A program made the position numbers and the translations under genes. From contig JANLFP010000004.1 in assembly GCA_024655905.1 (NCBI GenBank), positions 19,643 through 83,642 on the forward strand: 64,000 nt of DNA. The letters are read 5' to 3'. This document shows, piece by piece, positions 41,118-50,701 of this stretch (positions within the stretch are counted from its first letter, which is position 1; each line of letters starts with the position of its first letter). Under the pieces are notes generated by a model that had not been told where the DNA came from, did no database searches, and saw only the letters and a program-made list of their open reading frames with translations. This DNA is from Tepidanaerobacteraceae bacterium (lineage in GTDB: Bacteria > Bacillota > Thermosediminibacteria > Thermosediminibacterales > Tepidanaerobacteraceae).

Positions 41118-42053
41118 ATGAAAACATACCGGGAACTTTTGAATATAAATTTCCCCCAGCCTATTGTTTGCGGTCTGGGAAATTTTGATGGCGTGCATTT
41201 GGGGCATCAAAAATTAATAAATGAACTTATGAAACAATCAAAAATAAGAGGGCTGGAATCTGCCATATTGACCTTCGAACCTCATCCTGCAAAGGTCCTG
41301 CACCCTAAAAAATCTGACCCCCTTATAATGACACTTAGACAAAAAGAAAGAGTTATAGAATCTCTTGGTGTCCACAATCTAATTTTTGCTCCTTTTACGG
41401 AAGATTTCTCTCGATTGAATTATAAAGATTTTATTTATGATATACTGATAAAAACATGTAGGGTAAAAACAATAGTTGTAGGATTTAATTATACATTCGG
41501 AAACAGGGGGGAGGGAAACGCCGTCAATTTAAGGGAGATTTGCAGTAATGAAGGAATCGATGCCATAATAATACCTCCGGTTACCTATGATGGCAAAGTT
41601 GTGAGCAGCTCTCTCATAAGGTCATTGATTATGAATGGTAATGTAAAAAAGGCCGCGGAATTTATGAATAGGCCTTTTAGTATTGAAGGTGCTGTGGTCT
41701 GCGGTGATGCCAGGGGAAGAAAGTTGGGTTTTCCAACAGCAAATATCTCTTATTCGCCCGATATTGTTTTACCGGCTCGCGGTGTATATGCTACACTGGC
41801 AATATGGCGGAATTGTGCATTTAAGAGCACAACAAATATAGGCATCAAACCAACTTTTAATAAAAACCAAACCACGATAGAGGTACATATCTTTGATTTT
41901 AATGAACAGATATATGGAGAGACACTGGAAATTGTTTTTATGGAAAAGATACGGGATGAAATAAAATTCGAAAGCCCTTTGAAATTAATAGAGCAGGTGA
42001 AAAAAGATATTGAAATTGCAAAAAAAATTTTTGGGATGAATTTGCACCAATAA
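41118..42053 (+). CDS. ribF: Bifunctional riboflavin kinase / FAD synthetase
   Basis: Carries the motifs GNFDGVHLGHQ and GFPTANI, with the IEVHIFDF kinase C-terminus. Confidence 0.94.
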   Translation: MKTYRELLNINFPQPIVCGLGNFDGVHLGHQKLINELMKQSKIRGLESAILTFEPHPAKVLHPKKSDPLIMTLRQKERVIESLGVHNLIFAPFTEDFSRLNYKDFIYDILIKTCRVKTIVVGFNYTFGNRGEGNAVNLREICSNEGIDAIIIPPVTYDGKVVSSSLIRSLIMNGNVKKAAEFMNRPFSIEGAVVCGDARGRKLGFPTANISYSPDIVLPARGVYATLAIWRNCAFKSTTNIGIKPTFNKNQTTIEVHIFDFNEQIYGETLEIVFMEKIRDEIKFESPLKLIEQVKKDIEIAKKIFGMNLHQ

Positions 42054-42054
42054 A

Positions 42055-42083
42055 TTTACTTTTTATTTCAATTATGATAAAAT
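42055..42083 (+). promoter_or_regulatory. Sigma-A-type promoter (extended -10) for rpsO
   Basis: TTTACT, a 17-nt spacer, then TGaTAAAAT. Confidence 0.55.
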
Positions 42084-42174
42084 CTATAAAGAACATGAAC
42101 CTTTGCCCGGTTAATCGAGTCTCCGGCGATTTACTGGGCAACCGGGGATCTGTAAGATAAGGAGGTGATATTTA
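42084..42174 (+). promoter_or_regulatory. Structured rpsO 5' leader (candidate S15 autoregulatory element)
   Basis: Contains mutually exclusive pairings: TTGCCC (42103-08) with GGGCAA (42136-41), and CCCGGTT (42106-12) with AACCGGG (42140-46). These lie just upstream of the SD. Confidence 0.4.
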
Positions 42175-42444
42175 ATGGCTTTGGTTAAAGAGGCTAAAAA
42201 AGCAATAATTGAAAGGTTTAAAACCCACGAGAATGATACGGGTTCTCCAGAAGTGCAAATTGCAATGTTGACTGAGAGAATCAACCAGTTGACAGAACAT
42301 TTGCAGAAACATAAGAAAGACCATCATTCTCGAAGAGGATTGCTCCAGATGGTTGGCAAGCGGCGTTCGCTGTTGAACTATTTGAAAGATAACAATATCG
42401 AGCGCTACAGACAGCTGTTAGAAAAACTGGAACTCAGAAAATAA
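42175..42444 (+). CDS. rpsO: 30S ribosomal protein S15
   Basis: Canonical S15 sequence ([31 protein letters not shown]). Confidence 0.98.
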   Translation: MALVKEAKKAIIERFKTHENDTGSPEVQIAMLTERINQLTEHLQKHKKDHHSRRGLLQMVGKRRSLLNYLKDNNIERYRQLLEKLELRK

Positions 42445-42470
42445 AAGCGGGGTATTCCCGCTTAAATTTA
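42445..42470 (+). terminator. Weak terminator/attenuator hairpin between rpsO and pnp
   Basis: AAGCGGG / CCCGCTT 7-bp stem with a 5-nt loop, followed by an interrupted T-rich run. Confidence 0.55.
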
Positions 42471-42621
42471 TTTGTGAAAAAAAAGAAGGAAATAATAATC
42501 TTGATGTAGAATAAAATTTTGTAGTTTTTAGTAATTGCTGCAGAACGCCTGGTTAATACGAGGCTTTGTATCTCAGGATTTAAAATCAAAGATTGGTATA
42601 TACAAAAGGAGGAGTGATTTC

Positions 42622-44724
42622 TTGGAACGATTTACAACCGAAATAGCCGGCCGAAAGCTGACAGTAGAGACCGGCAAACTTGCACAGCAGGCAAATGGGG
42701 CGGTTATCATCAGGTATGGCGACACGGTGATACTTGCAACAGCTACTGCTTCTAAAAAGCCAAGGGAAGGTGTTGATTTTCTGCCTTTAACCGTGGATTA
42801 TGAAGAGAGGCTTTATGCTGTAGGAAAGATTCCCGGTGGTTTTATTAAGCGGGAAGGAAAACCCAGTGAAAAAGCCATTTTATCTGCAAGAGTAATCGAT
42901 AGACCTTTAAGACCACTATTCCCGAAGGGTTTCAGGAATGATGTCCAGATAATCGCAACAATATTGTCGGTAGACCAGGACAACACCCCGGACATCTCTG
43001 CAATAAACGGTGCTTCACTTGCTTTGTGCATCTCAGATATTCCTTTTGAAGGACCTGTTGGAGCGGTTTCTGTAGGGATGGTTGATGGAAAGTATGTTAT
43101 AAATCCCACTGTTGCCGAAACGGAAAAAAGCCGTTTAAGGCTGGTAGTGGCCGGAACAAAAGACGCGGTGCTCATGGTGGAAGCGGGAGCTGAAGAAGTA
43201 ACGGAAGAAGAGATGTTGAAAGCTATTATGTTCGGCCATGAGCACATCAAGAAACTGGTAGAATTTCAGGAAATGATTGTAAGTAAGATAGGAAAACCCA
43301 AGATGGAAATCCCCGTTGAAGTGATTGATGAAAATCTGGCAAGAGATGTGAGAGAATTTGCTACTGCGGAAATTTTGAAGGCCATAAAGATATTCGACAA
43401 GCAGGAGCGCGAGGCTTATATCGAGAAAATAAATGAAGATGCGCTATTACATTTTCAGGAAAATTATCCGGAAAAAGAAAAGGAAATTTCAGATATTTTA
43501 TATGATATCTTAAAAGAAGAAGTCAGAAAAATGATAACTTATGAAGGCGTCAGGCCTGATGGCAGAACCAGTACTCAGATAAGACCTATATCATGCGAGG
43601 TCGGCATTCTTCCCAGGACTCACGGGTCAGGATTATTTACTCGCGGGCAAACACAGGTGCTTACAGTGGCCACTCTTGGAGCCCTGGGAGATGTACAGAT
43701 ATTGGATGGCCTAGGCATAGAAGAATCAAAAAGGTATATGCACCATTACAATTTTCCTCCTTACAGCACTGGAGAAACGAAAGTCCTCAGAGGCCCCGGT
43801 CGCAGAGAAATCGGGCATGGTGCATTAGCGGAAAGAGCGCTCGAACCAATGATTCCTTCGGAAGAAAAATTTCCTTATACTATAAGGCTTGTTTCCGAAG
43901 TCTTGAGTTCAAACGGCTCCACTTCAATGGCAAGTGTTTGCGGATCTACCCTGGCTTTAATGGACGCCGGAGTTCCAATAAAAGCGCCTGTAGCCGGTGT
44001 CGCTATGGGTTTAATAAAACAAGATGATAAAATAACTATCTTAACTGATATCCAGGGCATGGAGGATTTCTTGGGAGATATGGATTTCAAGGTAGCGGGC
44101 ACTGCTCGAGGAATCACGGCTATTCAAATGGATATAAAAATCAAGGGCATTGATGAAGAAATACTTAAGCAAGCGCTTCAGCAGGCCCGCGAAGGTCGCT
44201 TGTTCATCCTGGATAAAATGCTTGAAACGATAAAAGAGCCCAGAAAAGAACTTTCGCCCTATGCGCCAAGAATATATACAATGATGATTGATCCCGACAA
44301 GATCAGGGAAGTAATCGGTCCCGGAGGCAAAACGATAAACAGAATTATTGCAGAAACCGGTGCTAAAATAGATATTGAGGATGATGGAAGAATATATATT
44401 GCAACGCCGAACGAATATGCAGGGAAAAAAGCCGTTGATATAATAAATAAATTGACTCAGGATGTTGAAGTGGGTAAAATTTATTTGGGCAAAGTTCTGC
44501 GGATTACCAATTTTGGGGCTTTTACCGAAATATTGCCGGGCAAGGAAGGTCTGATACACATTTCCAAGCTTTCCAAAGAACGGGTCAAGCGAGTTGAAGA
44601 TGTGGTAAAGGTAGGAGATGAAATACTGGTTAAAGTAACTGATATAGACAAGCAGGGTAGAATAAACCTTTCCCATAAAGATGCATTGAATGATGTATCA
44701 ACAAAGAACAAGTCGGAAACATAA
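42622..44724 (+). CDS. pnp: Polynucleotide phosphorylase
   Basis: Two RNase PH domains plus KH and S1 domains. The TTG start lies downstream of AGGAGG and gives [13 protein letters not shown]. The ORF track start at 42535 is an upstream in-frame extension. Confidence 0.97.
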   Translation: MERFTTEIAGRKLTVETGKLAQQANGAVIIRYGDTVILATATASKKPREGVDFLPLTVDYEERLYAVGKIPGGFIKREGKPSEKAILSARVIDRPLRPLFPKGFRNDVQIIATILSVDQDNTPDISAINGASLALCISDIPFEGPVGAVSVGMVDGKYVINPTVAETEKSRLRLVVAGTKDAVLMVEAGAEEVTEEEMLKAIMFGHEHIKKLVEFQEMIVSKIGKPKMEIPVEVIDENLARDVREFATAEILKAIKIFDKQEREAYIEKINEDALLHFQENYPEKEKEISDILYDILKEEVRKMITYEGVRPDGRTSTQIRPISCEVGILPRTHGSGLFTRGQTQVLTVATLGALGDVQILDGLGIEESKRYMHHYNFPPYSTGETKVLRGPGRREIGHGALAERALEPMIPSEEKFPYTIRLVSEVLSSNGSTSMASVCGSTLALMDAGVPIKAPVAGVAMGLIKQDDKITILTDIQGMEDFLGDMDFKVAGTARGITAIQMDIKIKGIDEEILKQALQQAREGRLFILDKMLETIKEPRKELSPYAPRIYTMMIDPDKIREVIGPGGKTINRIIAETGAKIDIEDDGRIYIATPNEYAGKKAVDIINKLTQDVEVGKIYLGKVLRITNFGAFTEILPGKEGLIHISKLSKERVKRVEDVVKVGDEILVKVTDIDKQGRINLSHKDALNDVSTKNKSET

Positions 44725-44751
44725 ACCGAATAACTTCGGTTTATGTTTTTT
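44723..44751 (+). terminator. Intrinsic terminator after pnp
   Basis: AAACCGAA / TTCGGTTT stem with loop TAAC and a downstream TTTTTT run. Confidence 0.8.
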
Positions 44752-44825
44752 ATTATCATAAAATTCGCCTGTGAAAATAATATTGTATTGTATAAAGATT
44801 AAAATAAAAGGCAGGCGAAAAGTGT

Positions 44826-45542
44826 ATGAGATTTTATACTTTTAAAGTATCACGAAGATTCATTGGCTTTATTGCAATTTTTATTTTAATTTGCACGTGG
44901 GCAATGATTAAATCCTTTTCTCCGCTACATGTGGAAACAATTTCTAAATATAGTCCCATATACGAAGTAAAAAGCGATAAGAAAGCAATAGCTTTTACAT
45001 GCAATGTTGCATGGGGTAATGAGTTTATACCATCTCTTTTGAAGGTATTTGAAGACAAAAATGTGAAAATAACTTTTTTTGTAGAAGGGCGATGGGCGGA
45101 AAAGAATCCAGAATTATTGCGATTGATAGATGCTAAAGGACATGAAATTGGGAACCATGGATATAGTCATGCACATCATTCCAAGCTATCGTTTGAACAG
45201 AATATCAACGAAATAACGAATGCCGAAAAAGCAATAAAAAAAATTACTGATAAAAAAACGATATTATTTGCACCACCATATGGAGAATTTTCTGAACTCA
45301 CCCTGAAAGCGGCTGAATCTTTAAATTACAAGCTTATCATGTGGTCCATCGATACTATCGATTGGAAAAAGCCGGGCGTGGATTATATAGTAAAAAAGAT
45401 ATTAAATAATGCCGACAATGGTAAAATCGTATTAATGCATCCCACCGAGGATACAGTAAAGGCCATGCCTGTGATTATCGACAGTTTACGGAATCAGGGA
45501 TACAGGATTACATCAGTGACCGGACTATTATCAGGAGAATAA
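44826..45542 (+). CDS. Polysaccharide deacetylase family protein (YlxY/PdaB-like, sporulation-associated)
   Basis: N-terminal TM segment and NodB-type motifs (HGYSHAHH, LMHP). It lies directly downstream of pnp, as ylxY does in B. subtilis. Confidence 0.8.
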   Translation: MRFYTFKVSRRFIGFIAIFILICTWAMIKSFSPLHVETISKYSPIYEVKSDKKAIAFTCNVAWGNEFIPSLLKVFEDKNVKITFFVEGRWAEKNPELLRLIDAKGHEIGNHGYSHAHHSKLSFEQNINEITNAEKAIKKITDKKTILFAPPYGEFSELTLKAAESLNYKLIMWSIDTIDWKKPGVDYIVKKILNNADNGKIVLMHPTEDTVKAMPVIIDSLRNQGYRITSVTGLLSGE

Positions 45543-45562
45543 CAATTGAGAATAATTTTAAG

Positions 45563-45591
45563 TTGAAATAATGCCATATTTCGTGTATACT
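45563..45591 (+). promoter_or_regulatory. Sigma-A-type promoter for alr
   Basis: TTGAAA, a 17-nt spacer, then TATACT. Confidence 0.55.
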
Positions 45592-45626
45592 TTATTTAAA
45601 CAATTTATTTTGAAAGGTATCTTGCT

Positions 45627-46832
45627 GTGAAAAACCTAACATCATGGATATATATTGACCTTGACGCATTATCATACAATATAAAAGTTATAAAGGATTT
45701 CATCGGAACCACAAAGATGCTGGCTGTAGTTAAAGCGGATGCATACGGTCACGGAATTATTCCAGTGGCTTTGACCGCGCTTGATAGCGGAGCAGATTAT
45801 ATTGGGGTTTCAGATGTGGATGAAGCTATACTATTGAGGAAAAGCGGCATCAAAGCTCCGATTCTTGTTTTTAATACAATACTGCCAGAGCATGCAGAAA
45901 AGGCTGTAAAATTTAACCTTACTATAACTGTTTGTTCTTTAGATGTAGTACAAGCCCTTCATGAAGCTGCTAAGAGGCTGAATACAACCGCCTTGGTTCA
46001 TATTAAGGTAGATACAGGTTTCGGTAGATTTGGAATACTGCCGGAACATGCCCTGGGATTTGTTAAAATAGTTTATTCTGATTTTAAAGCTGTATATGTT
46101 GAGGGAATTTATACACATTTTTCTTCGCCATCTTCCTCAAACATTACATGGAATCAATTTAATAAATTTAATGATATAACAAATCAAATTCGTGAAGCAG
46201 GTTTTATTATTCCACTGCGCCATGCATGCAACAGTACAGCAGCCGTACAATATCCAAAAATGCATCTTGATATGGTGCGCATCGGCAATCTAATGTATGG
46301 ACTTTGTTCATCCGGTAATTTGAACTTAAAAAAACTGGCAAGAGTTTTTTCAAAGATTATTTTTATAAAAAATCTGCCGGCAGGCCATAATGTTGGTTAT
46401 GGAAATAAATATGCGACAAAAAGATCCACCACTATAGCAGTAATACCTTTTGGATATTATGAAGGACTTGGTCTTATAGTATCTCAGCCCAGCGGTTTGA
46501 TGGATGCATTAAAAATATTGTTAAAGCAGCTAATGTACAGCTTCGGCGTAACAAACCCGGATAGAAAAGTAGTGATTAAAAATCGGATGTTTAATATAAT
46601 AGGAAAAATAGGCATGCAAAACTGCATGATAGATATAACAGATTTTAGAGACGACATATCTGTCGGAGATTATGTTGAAATATCCACAAGAAAGGTAAAT
46701 CTATGCTATAGTTTGCCAAGGGTATATCATAGAGGAAATGAAATTTTTGTGGATACGAGGCAATGCATGACATATTTAGATATGCACAATCAATATATTT
46801 ATGATAAAGGGAGCGAGCAATCCATTGGATGA
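45627..46832 (+). CDS. alr: Alanine racemase
   Basis: PLP-Lys motif [11 protein letters not shown] with an alanine racemase N-terminal barrel and C-terminal domain. It has a GTG start. Confidence 0.9.
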   Translation: MKNLTSWIYIDLDALSYNIKVIKDFIGTTKMLAVVKADAYGHGIIPVALTALDSGADYIGVSDVDEAILLRKSGIKAPILVFNTILPEHAEKAVKFNLTITVCSLDVVQALHEAAKRLNTTALVHIKVDTGFGRFGILPEHALGFVKIVYSDFKAVYVEGIYTHFSSPSSSNITWNQFNKFNDITNQIREAGFIIPLRHACNSTAAVQYPKMHLDMVRIGNLMYGLCSSGNLNLKKLARVFSKIIFIKNLPAGHNVGYGNKYATKRSTTIAVIPFGYYEGLGLIVSQPSGLMDALKILLKQLMYSFGVTNPDRKVVIKNRMFNIIGKIGMQNCMIDITDFRDDISVGDYVEISTRKVNLCYSLPRVYHRGNEIFVDTRQCMTYLDMHNQYIYDKGSEQSIG

Positions 46833-46842
46833 AGTAAAAGTG

Positions 46843-47274
46843 ATGATCACCAAAGTCAAAGGGGCTGAGGATATTCCCCTACCTACATACATGACTCCTC
46901 AGGCTGCAGGAATGGATCTTGCGGCTAATATTTTTGAAGAAGTATTTATCGAGCCGGGCGAATATAAAATAATACCATGCGGTATAAAAATCGAGCTTCC
47001 CTTAGGATATGAAGCACAGGTTAGACCGCGGAGCGGCCTTGCCGCAAAATATGGGGTTACATTACTAAATAGTCCGGGGACTATTGACTCCGATTATAGG
47101 GGAGAAATAAAAGTAATCCTAATTAATTTGGGGAAACAAAGATTTTCTTTAAAGAGAGGTGACAGAATAGCTCAACTTGTGATTTCCAGCGTTTCAAAAG
47201 CTTTTCTTGTTGAAAAAGACGAACTGGCGAAAACCCATAGGGGCGATGGAGGGTTTGGGCACACGGGCAGATAG
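46843..47274 (+). CDS. dut: dUTP diphosphatase (trimeric)
   Basis: Carries the motifs [16 protein letters not shown] and C-terminal GGFGHTG. The start is ATG 46843 or GTG 46840. Confidence 0.94.
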   Translation: MITKVKGAEDIPLPTYMTPQAAGMDLAANIFEEVFIEPGEYKIIPCGIKIELPLGYEAQVRPRSGLAAKYGVTLLNSPGTIDSDYRGEIKVILINLGKQRFSLKRGDRIAQLVISSVSKAFLVEKDELAKTHRGDGGFGHTGR

Positions 47275-47307
47275 TTGCATTTTATTACCTCTTGAATCAT
47301 AAAATAT

Positions 47308-47340
47308 AAAAAAGCTTTAATCAAAAGAGATAGCTTTTTT
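47308..47340 (+). terminator. Possible terminator after dut
   Basis: AAAAAAGCT / AGCTTTTTT stem with a 15-nt loop. The T-run forms part of the 3' arm. Confidence 0.45.
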
Positions 47341-47397
47341 AAATTGCATAACGGAAAGCTGTAAATAAAGATATGTTTTTGCTTTCCAGTGCATTAT
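47341..47397 (+). repeat. Intergenic hairpin element, copy A (related to 57280-57354)
   Basis: Inner stem GGAAAGC (47353-59) / GCTTTCC (47381-87) around a 21-nt AT-rich loop beginning TGTAAATA. Outer AATTGCA/TGCATT pairing. The sequence is similar to copy B. Confidence 0.55.
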
Positions 47398-47415
47398 AAA
47401 CGGAGGTAATAAGTT

Positions 47416-47682
47416 ATGAGATTGAGCGAATTGAGCGGGAAGGAAATTGTAAATCTATATGACGGGGCGCGGATGGGAATTATAGGAAATTCTGATCTTG
47501 TAATTGATGAAAATGACGGTAAAATAATTTATTTATTGATACCAAATAAGAGGATGCAATTTTTTCTTTTAAATGAAAAAAATTTTACAGAAGTTCCATG
47601 GGATTCCATAAAAAAAGTAGGCCCTGATATTGTTATTCTTGAAATAGATAACCAGAATTCAAAAAAAATGTGGAAATTTTAA
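47416..47682 (+). CDS. ymxH: YlmC/YmxH family PRC-barrel sporulation protein
   Basis: 88 aa, beginning MRLSELSGKEIVNLYDGARMG. Confidence 0.85.
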   Translation: MRLSELSGKEIVNLYDGARMGIIGNSDLVIDENDGKIIYLLIPNKRMQFFLLNEKNFTEVPWDSIKKVGPDIVILEIDNQNSKKMWKF

Positions 47683-47722
47683 ATGCAAAACATGATTGTG
47701 TGTCTTTGGAGGTGCTTTTTTA

Positions 47723-49390
47723 TTGTCAAAAAACGGACAAAAACTTCAAATAATACCTCTTGGTGGTATAGGAGAAATAGGCAAGAACATGACCGTAGTC
47801 CAATACGATAAAGAGATTATTGTCATAGATGCTGGCTTGATGTTTCCCGAAGAAGAAATGCTTGGAATCGATGTGGTGATTCCAGATATTACTTATCTTA
47901 TCGAGAACAAAGAAAATATTAAAGGTATAGTTATAACGCATGGTCATGAAGATCATATAGGGGCTCTGCCATACGTGCTGCAACAAGTGAATGTCCCCAT
48001 ATATGGAACAAGGTTGACGCTCGGCCTGGTGGATGGAAAGTTGAAAGAAACGAAATTTAAAAAAACAGTAGCAATGAATATAGTGAAACCGCCGGCAACG
48101 GTGCAAATAGGGAGCCTTACTGTGGATTTTATCAGAGTAAACCATAGCATTCCCGATGCGGTAGGTCTCGCAATTCATACTCCTGTCGGTGTTGTATGTC
48201 ACACGGGAGATTTTAAACTCGATCAAACACCGGTCGATGGTCGCATAGCCGACCTCCACAAGTTTGCGGAATTGGGATCAAAAGGCGTGTTGCTTCTTAT
48301 GTCCGACAGCACCAATGCAGAGCGTGAAGGATACACCATGTCGGAAAAAGTGGTGGGCAATACCATAGAGGAAATATTTCAAAAAGCAAATGGCAGAATC
48401 ATTGTAGCCACTTTCGCATCTAATATTCACAGGATACAGCAAATCTTTGACTCCGCTTACAAATTCGAAAGAAAGGTAGCGGTTGTTGGCCGAAGCATGG
48501 TGAACGTAGTCAATATTGCACTCGACCTGGGATACCTTTCAATTCCCAAAGGCCTTATGGTGGAGCTGGATGAAATTGCGCGACTTCCCAAAGAACGCGT
48601 GGTGATAATAACCACAGGCAGCCAGGGAGAACCAATGTCTGCTCTGACACGAATGGCCATGTCAGAGCACAGAAAAGTGGAAATAGTGCCGGGAGATACT
48701 ATTTTAATTTCAGCAACTCCCATACCGGGAAATGAAAAATTTGTCGCCAGAACTATCGACCACCTTTTTAAGCAGGGGGCAAACGTCATTTACGAAGCCA
48801 TCTCCGGCGTTCACGTATCCGGTCATGCCAGCCAGGAAGAATTAAAATTGATGCTTAACCTAATAAGGCCCAAATTTTTTATTCCTGTCCACGGAGAGTA
48901 CAGGCATCTGATACACCATGCTCAGCTTGCGAAACAGGTAGGAATTCCAGAAGAAAATATTTTTATTGCCGAAAATGGAAGAATACTGGAATTTACACAG
49001 GATTCAGGACGAATGGCAGGAAAAGTTACAGCAGGCAAAGTTCTGGTTGATGGTCTGGGCGTTGGAGATGTAGGCAATATAGTGTTAAGAGATCGTAAGC
49101 AGCTTTCACAGGATGGAATATTGATTGTGGTGGTTACAATTGATAAAGAAACGGCGGAAGTAGTCGCAGGGCCGGATATTATATCCAGGGGCTTTGTTTA
49201 TGTCAGGGAATCTGAAGAATTGATGGAACAGGCCCGGGATAAAGTTAAGCAGGCATTGAAGAAATGCCAGGATGAAGATATAAGTGAGTGGTCTACTATA
49301 AAATCACAAGTAAGGGATACATTGGGCAAGTACCTTTTCGAACAAACGAGAAGGAGACCTATGATATTGCCGATTATTATGGAAGTATGA
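47723..49390 (+). CDS. rnj: Ribonuclease J
   Basis: Metallo-beta-lactamase HGHEDHIG motif, a beta-CASP domain and an RNase J C-terminal domain. The TTG start lies 8 nt after GGAGGTG. Confidence 0.95.
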   Translation: MSKNGQKLQIIPLGGIGEIGKNMTVVQYDKEIIVIDAGLMFPEEEMLGIDVVIPDITYLIENKENIKGIVITHGHEDHIGALPYVLQQVNVPIYGTRLTLGLVDGKLKETKFKKTVAMNIVKPPATVQIGSLTVDFIRVNHSIPDAVGLAIHTPVGVVCHTGDFKLDQTPVDGRIADLHKFAELGSKGVLLLMSDSTNAEREGYTMSEKVVGNTIEEIFQKANGRIIVATFASNIHRIQQIFDSAYKFERKVAVVGRSMVNVVNIALDLGYLSIPKGLMVELDEIARLPKERVVIITTGSQGEPMSALTRMAMSEHRKVEIVPGDTILISATPIPGNEKFVARTIDHLFKQGANVIYEAISGVHVSGHASQEELKLMLNLIRPKFFIPVHGEYRHLIHHAQLAKQVGIPEENIFIAENGRILEFTQDSGRMAGKVTAGKVLVDGLGVGDVGNIVLRDRKQLSQDGILIVVVTIDKETAEVVAGPDIISRGFVYVRESEELMEQARDKVKQALKKCQDEDISEWSTIKSQVRDTLGKYLFEQTRRRPMILPIIMEV

Positions 49391-49544
49391 CTATGTCATA
49401 CTTTTCTTGTATATTTCGCTTAAATCTTCAAAGAATATAAAAGAAAACGGTGAGGGCGACTTACCAGACATATCGCTAGACATGTTGTTACATCAGCGGT
49501 TTTTTGGTATTGATATTGCCTCCAGAAAGGGGAAAAATAAAAGA

Positions 49545-50297
49545 ATGATTTCATATAAAAGTATATTCAATGCTTCAAATGAGACTCAAACACCGCCGCA
49601 GGCTCCATTACAGCCTTCACTTGAAAAAGTAGCCCCAGCGGATTCAATGAATACCATTCAACAATTGGGGCAACTGGAACTTCCAAAATCGGAAAGCAAT
49701 ATACACTGTCTTACAATAATTGGTCAAATTGAAGGGCACATAGTTCTGCCGCCTCAAAACAAAACAACCAAATATGAACATATTATTCCTCAACTGGTTG
49801 CTATAGAGCAAAACTCAAAAGTGGAAGGACTGCTTGTTATACTAAATACTGTAGGCGGTGACGTTGAAGCGGGTCTTGCCATTGCGGAAATGATAGTGAG
49901 CATGACTAAACCTACTGTTTCACTGGTGCTGGGCGGAGGACACAGCATTGGTGTTCCTATCGCGGTGGCCAGCGACTATTCCTTTATAGCCGAGACAGCG
50001 ACTATGACCATTCATCCCATCAGGCTTACGGGTCTTGTGATAGGAGTACCTCAAACATACGAATATCTGGATAAAATGCAGGATAGAGTCATAAAATTTG
50101 TAGTAGAACACTCTAGAACAAACGAAACCACTTTCAGAGAATTGATGTTCAGCACGGGGAAATTGGCTCGGGATATAGGCACAATTCTGGTTGGCAGCGA
50201 TGCGGTTGAATGCGGTCTGATTGATGAAGTGGGAGGTATAGGAAAAGCTGTAAATAAACTTGAAGAATTAATAAAAGAGAGGAAACAAAGGGGGTAA
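49545..50297 (+). CDS. tepA: ClpP-fold protease TepA (YmfB) family
   Basis: Contains [14 protein letters not shown]...[11 protein letters not shown]...[11 protein letters not shown]...MTIHP, closely resembling B. subtilis TepA as I recall it. The ORF track start at 49407 is an in-frame extension. Confidence 0.85.
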   Translation: MISYKSIFNASNETQTPPQAPLQPSLEKVAPADSMNTIQQLGQLELPKSESNIHCLTIIGQIEGHIVLPPQNKTTKYEHIIPQLVAIEQNSKVEGLLVILNTVGGDVEAGLAIAEMIVSMTKPTVSLVLGGGHSIGVPIAVASDYSFIAETATMTIHPIRLTGLVIGVPQTYEYLDKMQDRVIKFVVEHSRTNETTFRELMFSTGKLARDIGTILVGSDAVECGLIDEVGGIGKAVNKLEELIKERKQRG

Positions 50298-50301
50298 GCA
50301 A

Positions 50302-50523
50302 ATGGTTTTATATACAGCAATGCCCCTTGAATTGGTTCTAGAGGGAATGGAAAAGAACCACAATTATAAAGAAATAGATTTTTATGGCGTTAAATTGATA
50401 ATAGAACCATTGAATTTAAATCACTGTAAAATTGTAAGACTCATAAGCACCGATCCTCAAGACTATCTAAAAAATGAGTTTTATCCGGGAAGAATTGTAG
50501 AATTTAGAATTGCGCAGACTTAG
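50302..50523 (+). CDS. ylzJ: YlzJ-like small protein
   Basis: 73 aa, beginning MVLYTAMPLELV. It sits in the tepA-ylzJ-spoIIIE order seen in B. subtilis. Confidence 0.7.
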   Translation: MVLYTAMPLELVLEGMEKNHNYKEIDFYGVKLIIEPLNLNHCKIVRLISTDPQDYLKNEFYPGRIVEFRIAQT

Positions 50524-50543
50524 AATTTATTTTTATAATCATT

Positions 50544-50583
50544 ACAGCAAAAGGCCTGATCTATAGAACAGGTTTTTTGCTGT
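50544..50583 (+). terminator. Strong hairpin, probable terminator, after ylzJ
   Basis: 15-bp stem (ACAGCAAAAGGCCTG / CAGGTTTTTTGCTGT, including 2 G-U pairs) with a 10-nt loop. A T-run follows a few nt downstream. Confidence 0.5.
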
Positions 50584-50701
50584 ACGAAGTTTTTATCAAA
50601 CGTGTCACTTCATACCAAGGGACTCAAAATAATAGATTCTTTGTTGATTCAAAAAGGATTTTTAAAAAAAGTGGAGAATAAGAAACTAGAGGTGCTATTT
50701 T

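Noticed and set aside
42535-42621. N-terminal extensions in the ORF track for pnp, mnmA (16662), nifU (16315), ylxR (36217), nrnA (39192), tepA (49407), GT2 (28970), polC (30314), frr (21602), rnj (47696) and rimO (53801).
   Set aside because: Each extension lacks an SD, overlaps the upstream gene or a leader, and precedes an internal start. That internal start has a good SD and yields the conserved N-terminus of the family. I trimmed the features accordingly.
43593-44027. Same-strand alternative-frame ORFs inside pnp (144 aa), mgtC (29771-30115), the YtvI-like gene (24811-25128) and the DUF342 5' region (12738-12953).
   Set aside because: They are Arg/Ser/Cys-rich out-of-frame translations of well-supported genes. 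There is no slippery sequence or SD to suggest programmed frameshifting or overlapping genes.
44041-44676. A 211-aa minus-strand ORF inside pnp. Similar cases occur at 42813-43250, 47726-48259, 26863-27369, 28441-28911, 3664-4107 and 38776-39198.
   Set aside because: All lie fully antisense to strongly supported conserved genes. They have hydrophobic or low-complexity translations, no ribosome-binding sites and no recognisable domains. I treat them as shadow ORFs.
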